Shown here in pieces: positions 57,554 to 64,000 of a stretch of DNA of 64,000 nucleotides (position 1 is its first letter; the number at the start of each line of letters is the position of its first letter). The notes beneath the pieces were generated by a model, which saw only the letters and a program-made list of their open reading frames with translations, did no database searches and was not told the origin of the DNA. The DNA comes from Acidimicrobiia bacterium. GTDB taxonomy: Bacteria > Actinomycetota > Acidimicrobiia > Spongiisociales > ZC4RG35. Location: assembly GCA_965203555.1 (NCBI GenBank), contig CBDBCY010000004.1, forward strand, positions 704,001 to 768,000, written 5' to 3'. The translations under genes were made by a program, and so were the position numbers.

Positions 57554-59032
57554 CTATCCCACTCCCTTCAGATACGCCGCCAGTCCGTGACGGCCTCCCT
57601 CTCTCCCGAAACCGGACTCCTTCACCCCTCCAAAAGGCGACGCCGGATCGAACTGGTTGTACGTGTTGGCCCACACCACTCCCGAAGCGAGCCGATCGGC
57701 CATCCACAGTATCCGCGATCCCTTGGATGTCCATACCCCGGAGGCCAAACCGTAAGGAGTGTTGTTGGCCCGGTCCACCGCCTCCGCCGGGGTCCGGAAG
57801 GTGAGTATCGACAGCACCGGACCGAATATTTCCTCCTGGGCGATGCGGTGTGACTGGGAGACTTCCGTGAACAGCGTGGGAGGGAACCAGTACCCGCGGT
57901 CCGGCAACCGGCACGCAGGCTGGTAGATGAGCGCTCCCTCCTTCCGCCCCGACTCTACCAGGCCGGTGATCTTCTCCAGCTGTGCCGCCGAGTTGATGGC
58001 CCCCACGTCGGTGTTCTTGTCCAGGGGATCCCCCACCCTCAGAGTGGCAAGACGCCGACGGAGTCGCTCCACGAACTCGGTTGCGACAGATTCCTGGACC
58101 AGGAGTCTGCTTCCCGCACAGCAGACTTGACCCTGGTTGAAGAAAATCCCGTTCACCACCCCCTCCACCGCCTGGTCCATGGGGGCGTCTTCGAACACGA
58201 TATGCGCCCCCTTTCCACCCAATTCCAGGGTCAGTGACTTCCCGGCGCCGGCCAACCGCCTGCGGATCTGTTTACCCACCTCCGTCGAGCCGGTGAATGC
58301 CACCTTGTCCACTCCCCGGTGGCCCACCAGGTCCGCTCCGGTCCGGCCCGCTCCCGTAATGACATTCAGCACCCCCGGCGGGAGGCCGGCGTCGGCCGTC
58401 AATTCCGCCAATCGCATCGCCGAGAGCGGCGTTGTCTCAGCAGGCTTGAGCACCACCGTGTTGCCGGTGGCCAGGGCGGGGGCGATCTTCCAGGCCGCCA
58501 TCAGCAGCGGGAAGTTCCACGGTATCACCTGTCCCACCACGCCCAGGGGCCGGGGCTCGACCCCCGTGAAGGCGTACTCCAACTTGTCGGCCCAGCCGGC
58601 GTGATAGAAGAAGTGAGCAGCCACCAAGGGCAGATCAACATCCCGCGCCTCCCTGATGGGCTTTCCCCCGTCCCGGGTGTCGAGGACGGCCAACTCCCGG
58701 CTCCGTTCCTGGATGAGACGGGCGATCCGGAACAGAAGCTTCGCCCGGTCACTTGCCGGACGCGCCGCCCAATCACCGGCGGCGGCCATCGCCGACTTCA
58801 CCGCCCGATCAACATCGGCGGGACCCGCCTCGGCCACCATCGCCAAGTGGTCCTCGGTGGCCGGCTCGATGGAAGGGAACCACTTCCCGGAAAGGGGTTC
58901 CACCTCTCTACCCTCAATCCACAACCCGTACCGGTCGCGGACCGCGGCCAGGCCCGGGTTCTCTCTCGACTCTTGATATTCCCACAGAGGAAAACTGCCT
59001 TCAGATTCGGGAACAGGATGGCGACTACCCAT
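57554..59032 (-). CDS. aldehyde dehydrogenase
   Basis: IPWNFP, KPAE, FTGSTEVG, LELGGK, FNQGQVCCAGSR, EEIFGPV, PFGGVKESG. Confidence 0.96.
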   Translation of the reverse strand: MGSRHPVPESEGSFPLWEYQESRENPGLAAVRDRYGLWIEGREVEPLSGKWFPSIEPATEDHLAMVAEAGPADVDRAVKSAMAAAGDWAARPASDRAKLLFRIARLIQERSRELAVLDTRDGGKPIREARDVDLPLVAAHFFYHAGWADKLEYAFTGVEPRPLGVVGQVIPWNFPLLMAAWKIAPALATGNTVVLKPAETTPLSAMRLAELTADAGLPPGVLNVITGAGRTGADLVGHRGVDKVAFTGSTEVGKQIRRRLAGAGKSLTLELGGKGAHIVFEDAPMDQAVEGVVNGIFFNQGQVCCAGSRLLVQESVATEFVERLRRRLATLRVGDPLDKNTDVGAINSAAQLEKITGLVESGRKEGALIYQPACRLPDRGYWFPPTLFTEVSQSHRIAQEEIFGPVLSILTFRTPAEAVDRANNTPYGLASGVWTSKGSRILWMADRLASGVVWANTYNQFDPASPFGGVKESGFGREGGRHGLAAYLKGVG

Positions 59033-59034
59033 GC

Positions 59035-59994
59035 CTAGGCCCTGGTGAAGTAGTCAGCCGATTGATAGCGGCCGGTATTCAACCATCTGATTTGCATGAG
59101 CAGATCGTTGAGCAGGGACGAAGCGCCGAACCTGAACCTTTGCGGAGTCATCCAGTCCAGACCCAGGGTCTCATTCAGGACCACCAACCACTTGATGGCC
59201 TGTTTGGCGGCGCCGATCCCCCCGGCAGGCTTCATGCCAACCGCTCGTCCGGTCATCCGGTGAAAGTCCCGGATCGCCTCCAGCATTACCAAGGTGACCG
59301 GCAGAGTGGCTGCCGGTCGCACCTTACCGGTGGAAGTCTTGATGAAATCCGCCCCTGCCGCCATGGCCAGCATCGACGCCTTCCGGACATTGTCATAGGA
59401 TCCCAGTTCTCCGGTCTCGAGGATTACCTTCAAACACGCCTCCCCCGCCGCCTCCCGCACCGCCGCCACCTCCTCGAAGACCTTGCGGTAGTCCCCTGCC
59501 AGGAATGCCCCCCGGTCGATCACCATATCCACCTCCTCTGCGCCGTCGGACACCACCCGTCGAGTCTCGGCAACCTTCAAATCGAGCGGCGCCTGCCCGG
59601 ACGGGAAGTAGGTGGACACCGCCGCCACCCGCACGCCGGATCCGGAAAGGGCCTCCGCCGCCATACCGACCAGGTTCGGATAAACACACACAGCCGCCAC
59701 CGAAGGGATGGAGGGATCGGTCGGATCCGGTCTGATAGCCTTGTATGACAGTTGTCTTACTTTTCCAATAGTGTCCATTCCTTCCAGGGTGGTCAGATCG
59801 GTCATTGCTATCGCGGTCCTCAGCGCCCACATTTTGGATTCTCGCTTTATCGAACGGGTGGAGAGCGTCGCCACCCTCTGCTCCACCATCACCTCGTCGG
59901 TCGGTCCCACCGATCGCATGAGCGAGGGAATATCTCGACCTGACGCTACCGCCCATCCCTTATCAACAGAAAGCGCCAATGCATGTTCGGCCAT
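59035..59994 (-). CDS. deoC: deoxyribose-phosphate aldolase
   Basis: DLTTLEG, AAVCVYP, EVDMV, LKVILETGEL, FIKTSTGK, KPAGGI, RFGASSLL; TACAAT box 9 nt upstream of ATG 59994. Confidence 0.95.
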   Translation of the reverse strand: MAEHALALSVDKGWAVASGRDIPSLMRSVGPTDEVMVEQRVATLSTRSIKRESKMWALRTAIAMTDLTTLEGMDTIGKVRQLSYKAIRPDPTDPSIPSVAAVCVYPNLVGMAAEALSGSGVRVAAVSTYFPSGQAPLDLKVAETRRVVSDGAEEVDMVIDRGAFLAGDYRKVFEEVAAVREAAGEACLKVILETGELGSYDNVRKASMLAMAAGADFIKTSTGKVRPAATLPVTLVMLEAIRDFHRMTGRAVGMKPAGGIGAAKQAIKWLVVLNETLGLDWMTPQRFRFGASSLLNDLLMQIRWLNTGRYQSADYFTRA

Positions 59995-60981
59995 AAAGAA
60001 TCGATTGTAGGAACTCTGGCCTCCGGCAGGTCCGGGCGGGACGGACGGTGGCAGGCGGTCACTCACAACCCCTGGATACCTATCCTCATCGCATCGCTTG
60101 CCTGGGGAAGCGCTCCCGCCGCCAACCGGGCAATCCTGCTGAACGGGGTGAACCCCTTCACCATCTTTCCTCTCAAACAGGTGGGAGGGGCCATGGTGAT
60201 GATCGGCGCCCTGGCCCTGTTCAGACGCCTGCCCAGGTTTGATTTCCAATCCTTTCGGGCCGGGGCGGTAATCGGCATTTACAACATGACCATTCCCACC
60301 ATCCTCTTCACCCTCGGGTTCCAGATAATCCCGGCCAGCATCGGAGCTGTGATCGTGGGAATCATCCCGCTGGTGACCATCCTTTTCACTCACTGGGTAG
60401 TACCGGGGGAAAGCTTCCGGCTCAGCAGACTGCCGGGCCTTCTGGTGGCGATACTGGGAGTGGGAATCATGGGATGGGCGCCAGTCGGCGAAGCCTCCTC
60501 CCGTTGGGTTTACGGGGTCGTAATAACCACCCTGGGCGCCGCCTTCGCCGGATTGGGAGGGGCCTACACTCGCCGCTACGCCGTCCGTCATCCCAACCGA
60601 CAGTTGATTGTCTCCCAGTTCATAACATCCGCAGTGCTCTTGAGCGTTATCTCGATCCCCTTCGACGGATACGCCGGCTATTTGACGATCGACGCCGCCA
60701 GTTTGTGGCTGATCGTGTATCTGGGGGCAGTACCCACTGTCGTCTCTTTCGCCGCGTTCATGTGGGCCTCCCGAATCGCCACCGCCGCCCGCGCCGCCCT
60801 CACCGGATACCTAGTGCCGGTTTTCGGAGCAATAGGAGGAGTGGCGCTGCTCTCCGAACCGGTTACGCTCCAATTGATGGTGGGATTGGCGGCAGTGGCG
60901 ATCGGCATCGTGGTAAGCGACCACCCCGACCGAAAGGACGACCGGAGAAGGGCCGCGGCCCGGGGCGGTTCCCCTTGCTAG
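59983..60981 (+). CDS. EamA/DMT family transporter (copy 1)
   Basis: About 10 TM helices; WG, P....H...GE, YL.PV, LSEP motifs; 332 aa. Confidence 0.88.
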   Translation: MFGHKESIVGTLASGRSGRDGRWQAVTHNPWIPILIASLAWGSAPAANRAILLNGVNPFTIFPLKQVGGAMVMIGALALFRRLPRFDFQSFRAGAVIGIYNMTIPTILFTLGFQIIPASIGAVIVGIIPLVTILFTHWVVPGESFRLSRLPGLLVAILGVGIMGWAPVGEASSRWVYGVVITTLGAAFAGLGGAYTRRYAVRHPNRQLIVSQFITSAVLLSVISIPFDGYAGYLTIDAASLWLIVYLGAVPTVVSFAAFMWASRIATAARAALTGYLVPVFGAIGGVALLSEPVTLQLMVGLAAVAIGIVVSDHPDRKDDRRRAAARGGSPC

Positions 60982-61143
60982 AGTGATCGTCAGGGATCAC
61001 CCCAAGTGGCCGACAGAAGGGGCGTAGCGTCCATGGCCTGCGTCCCGCTGGCGCCTTGCCGGCGAGCTTTCAAAGCAACACCTCACCAGAGAACCACGCC
61101 GCCGCCAGCCTCGCCTCTCCAGACCTGAAGGAATCGTCACCTC

Positions 61144-62142
61144 ATGTTCGGCCACAAGACCCCCATCCAAAGAGTCAGGGGTCAGGCGTCACACTTCGAC
61201 GGCGGGCATTTCAACGCCATCCGGCACAATCCTTGGATCCCCATCGCAATCGCGGCTGCGGCATGGGGAAGCGCACCTGCTGCAAGTCGGACGATTCTCC
61301 TTCTCGGGGTGAGTCCCTTCACCATCTTTCCCCTCAAGCAGGTGGTAGGAGCTTCCGCAATAGTCGTCACCCTGGCGCTGACCGGACGCGATCTCAGAAT
61401 GGACCGGCCGACGTTTCGGGCCGGAGCGGCCATCGGCGTCTTCAACATGACGATTCCCACCATTGCGTTCACACTGGGGTTCCAAGTGATTCCGGCCAGC
61501 ATAGGATCGGTGATCGTGGGAATCATTCCCCTGACCACCATCCTTCTGACTCACTGGGTCGTGCCGGGAGAGAGATTCCGGATCGCCAGGGTGCCCGGCC
61601 TGATGTTCGCAATCTTCGGAATAGGCGTGATGGGCTGGGCGCCCACAGGTCAACCGTCCTCCCAGTGGATTGTGGGAGTTGTCCTGATGACGGTCGGGGC
61701 GGTCTCTGCGGGATTGGGTGGAGCGCTGACCCGTCGTTACGCGGTCCGGCACCGCAATGCTCCTTTGATAGTGTCCCAGTACCTGACTTCCGTCGTCATC
61801 CTGTGCCTCGTATCGATTCCATTCAACGGCTACCAGGGTTACCTCACCATCGACGCCACCGCTTTGTGGTTGATCATCTATCTGGGGGCCGTCCCCACCG
61901 CCGTATCCTTTGCCGCCTTCATGTGGGCTTGCCGGATCACAACCGCGGCCCGGGCTGCCCTGACCGGCTACGTGTCGCCTCTGGTGGGCACCGCCCTGGG
62001 TGTGGTGCTGCTGTCGGAACCAATCACCCTGCAACTGATAGTGGGAATCGCGGCAGTAGCCATTGGAATTGTGGTAAGCGACCGCCCCGACCGCCGGGAT
62101 GACCGGCGAAGGACCACGGCCCGCCCATCCCCACTACGGTAA
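61144..62142 (+). CDS. EamA/DMT family transporter (copy 2, tandem paralog)
   Basis: Colinear 332-aa paralog of copy 1 (MFGHK...HNPWIP...RRYAVRH); AAGGA upstream. Confidence 0.9.
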   Translation: MFGHKTPIQRVRGQASHFDGGHFNAIRHNPWIPIAIAAAAWGSAPAASRTILLLGVSPFTIFPLKQVVGASAIVVTLALTGRDLRMDRPTFRAGAAIGVFNMTIPTIAFTLGFQVIPASIGSVIVGIIPLTTILLTHWVVPGERFRIARVPGLMFAIFGIGVMGWAPTGQPSSQWIVGVVLMTVGAVSAGLGGALTRRYAVRHRNAPLIVSQYLTSVVILCLVSIPFNGYQGYLTIDATALWLIIYLGAVPTAVSFAAFMWACRITTAARAALTGYVSPLVGTALGVVLLSEPITLQLIVGIAAVAIGIVVSDRPDRRDDRRRTTARPSPLR

Positions 62143-62143
62143 A

Positions 62144-63808
62144 ATGCCAGCACCAGTGAGTTCTTCACGTCACATACTGGTCGCGGTGGCGTGGCCCTAT
62201 GCGGCAGGTTCCCGCCACCTGGGACACTTGGCCGGCGCCTACCTGCCTGCCGACGTCTTCGCCCGTTACCACCGCACATCCGGCAACCGGGTCTTGATGG
62301 TGTCGGGCAGCGACGTTCACGGGACCCCCATCACCGTGCTGGCCGACCGGGAAGGGGTGGCGCCGCAGGCGATCGTCGACCGTTACCATGCCGAATTCCT
62401 CACCGACTGGGAGAAGTTGGGTATCTCCTGGGACCTCTACACCTCCACCGGAACACCCAATCACTATGCGGTAACCCAGGACGTTTTCTCCCGTCTGCTG
62501 CAAAAGGGCTACATCACCGAGGGAGTCTCCACCCAGTTGTTCGACCCGAATGCGGATCGGTTTCTCCCCGATCGGTATGTAGAGGGCACCTGCCCGATCT
62601 GTGGCTACCAGGATGCCCGGGGAGATCAGTGCGACGACTGTGGAAGGACGCTCGACGCCATTGAACTGATCGAACCTCGCAGCAAGATGTCAGACGCCAC
62701 GCCGGTCGCCCGGGAAACCAAGCACTACTTCCTCCGGTTGGACGCCTTCCAGCATCGCTTGTCCGAGTGGCTGTCGACTCGGCAGGGATGGCGACGCCAT
62801 GTGAAGAACTGGGCGATGGGGATGGTCAACGAGGGACTTCCCCAACGCGCCATTACGCGGGATCTGGTCTGGGGAGTGCCGATTCCTCCTCCCGCCGACC
62901 ATTTGGGTGACGGAAAACGCATTTACGTTTGGTTCGACGCGGTGATCGGATACCTGTCAGCCGCCAAGGAGTGGGCGCAGATCCAGGGTACGCCCGAGGA
63001 GTGGAGGCGCTGGTGGGAGGACCCGGAGGCCGAGTCGTACTATTTCATCGGGAAGGACAACATTCCCTTTCATGCAGTGATCTGGCCGGCCATGTTGATG
63101 GGCTACGGCGGCCTCAACCTGCCCACCGACGTTCCCGCCAACCAGTACGTGACCTTCCGCCGGGAGAAGGCCTCCAGCAGCCGGGGAATAGGTCGTTCCG
63201 TAGGATGGTACGCAGACCGCCTGCAAGCCGACGCCCTCCGTTACGCACTGGGATCGGCGCTACCGGAACAGAACGACACCGACTTCTCCGATTCCGAACT
63301 CATCCGGCGCGTGAACGACGAACTGGTGGCGACCTGGGGCAACCTGGTGCACCGGGTACTGTCCATGGCCCACGGTTGGTATGGGGGCAGAATGCCCGTG
63401 TGCGGGGCCGCCACCGGAGACGACAGGGCGCTTGTGGAGGAGATCGACGACAGGTTGGCAAAGGGGGGCCGGATGCTGGAGCAGGTCGAACTGCGAGCCG
63501 GCTTGCGCCAGGCCATGGAAGGCGCCCAAACCGTCAACGTGTACCTCAACGCCCAGGCGCCGTGGTTGTTACGGCGTGAGGACCCGGTGCGGGCGGAGAC
63601 GGTGCTTCACACCGCCCTGTCAGCCGTCAACGGCCTGAAAGTCGGGTTCTCCCCCTACTTGCCGTTCTCCTCGGAAAAGCTCCACTCCATGCTCGGACAG
63701 CCGGGATCGGTGACGGACGGGGGCTGGAAACGATCGGTCCTTGCCGAAACCACGCTGGAAGCGCCCCGACCGCTCTTTGCCAAGCTGGAGGAAGGTCTCC
63801 TCGACTAG
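62144..63808 (+). CDS. metG: methionine--tRNA ligase
   Basis: AWPYA...HLGH, GSDVHG, zinc knuckle CPIC/CDDC, YVWFDA, GKDNIPFH, KASSS (KMSKS equivalent). Confidence 0.97.
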   Translation: MPAPVSSSRHILVAVAWPYAAGSRHLGHLAGAYLPADVFARYHRTSGNRVLMVSGSDVHGTPITVLADREGVAPQAIVDRYHAEFLTDWEKLGISWDLYTSTGTPNHYAVTQDVFSRLLQKGYITEGVSTQLFDPNADRFLPDRYVEGTCPICGYQDARGDQCDDCGRTLDAIELIEPRSKMSDATPVARETKHYFLRLDAFQHRLSEWLSTRQGWRRHVKNWAMGMVNEGLPQRAITRDLVWGVPIPPPADHLGDGKRIYVWFDAVIGYLSAAKEWAQIQGTPEEWRRWWEDPEAESYYFIGKDNIPFHAVIWPAMLMGYGGLNLPTDVPANQYVTFRREKASSSRGIGRSVGWYADRLQADALRYALGSALPEQNDTDFSDSELIRRVNDELVATWGNLVHRVLSMAHGWYGGRMPVCGAATGDDRALVEEIDDRLAKGGRMLEQVELRAGLRQAMEGAQTVNVYLNAQAPWLLRREDPVRAETVLHTALSAVNGLKVGFSPYLPFSSEKLHSMLGQPGSVTDGGWKRSVLAETTLEAPRPLFAKLEEGLLD

Positions 63809-63826
63809 ATAGAGCGGCTCAGCGGG

Positions 63827-64000
63827 CTATGAAGGGGGATATACGCCGGCGGCCCTGGATTCGTCGGTCTGCCAGAAGATGTCGGATATTTCTCCGATCA
63901 AGTCCACCAGTCCTTGGGAGACGGCGGGATCCATCGACTTCTTGGCGTCGCCGGCCGCTTTCACCGCCCGCCAGAACAGATCATGCAACTGCGGGAACCG
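63827..64000 (-). CDS. sodN: nickel superoxide dismutase, C-terminal part (starts beyond the window)
   Basis: Hand translation RFPQLHDLFWRAVKAAGDAKKSMDPAVSQGLVDLIGEISDIFWQT... matches the Ni-SOD C-terminal pattern (YP.LH...AK.S.DP...I..I..IFW.T). Confidence 0.8.
   Translation of the reverse strand, partial: RFPQLHDLFWRAVKAAGDAKKSMDPAVSQGLVDLIGEISDIFWQTDESRAAGVYPPS

Noticed and set aside
62099-63808. KASSS in place of KMSKS as a sign of inactive MetRS
   Set aside because: K-x-S-S/T-S variants are normal in this MetRS type and all other motifs are intact.

Overview
High-GC actinobacterial chromosome segment. Gene content (SLH proteins, Ni-SOD, a DUF222-HNH gene, AAA_14/DUF4143) suggests Acidimicrobiia; this taxonomic call is inference. 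Most of the window is core backbone on the minus strand in three blocks: (i) tlyA-nadK-recN...pyrG-nudF-xerD-dksA-like-scpA-scpB-rluB-aroA-cmk-dihydroorotase; (ii) rplY-pth...pgsA...mfd-prsA-mazG-eno-ftsB-DUF501-ppx-tRNA-Leu(UAA); (iii) deoC-ALDH-ALDH then a liv-type ABC operon. metG and a partial sodN close the right end. A decayed ~3.9 kb island (about 27.2-31.1 kb) sits at the tRNA-Leu 3' end. It holds a DUF222-HNH gene with a RecA-NDp/PafBC-like promoter, an orphan FhuF-like reductase, a LexA-box-controlled imuB pseudogene and a possible integrase scar. The most notable observations are: a candidate Leu/Val-sensing leader-peptide switch upstream of the liv operon; a tandem-duplicated, patchily homogenised two-module LivK lipoprotein; an AAA+/DUF4143 nuclease with an extra unknown C-terminal domain and an AT-rich operator; a probable CTG start for tlyA; a head-to-head overlap of deoC and an EamA gene; and a mosaic SLH metalloprotease. 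No CRISPR array, rRNA, intact transposase or reverse transcriptase was seen. All calls come from reading the sequence by eye; no searches were run.
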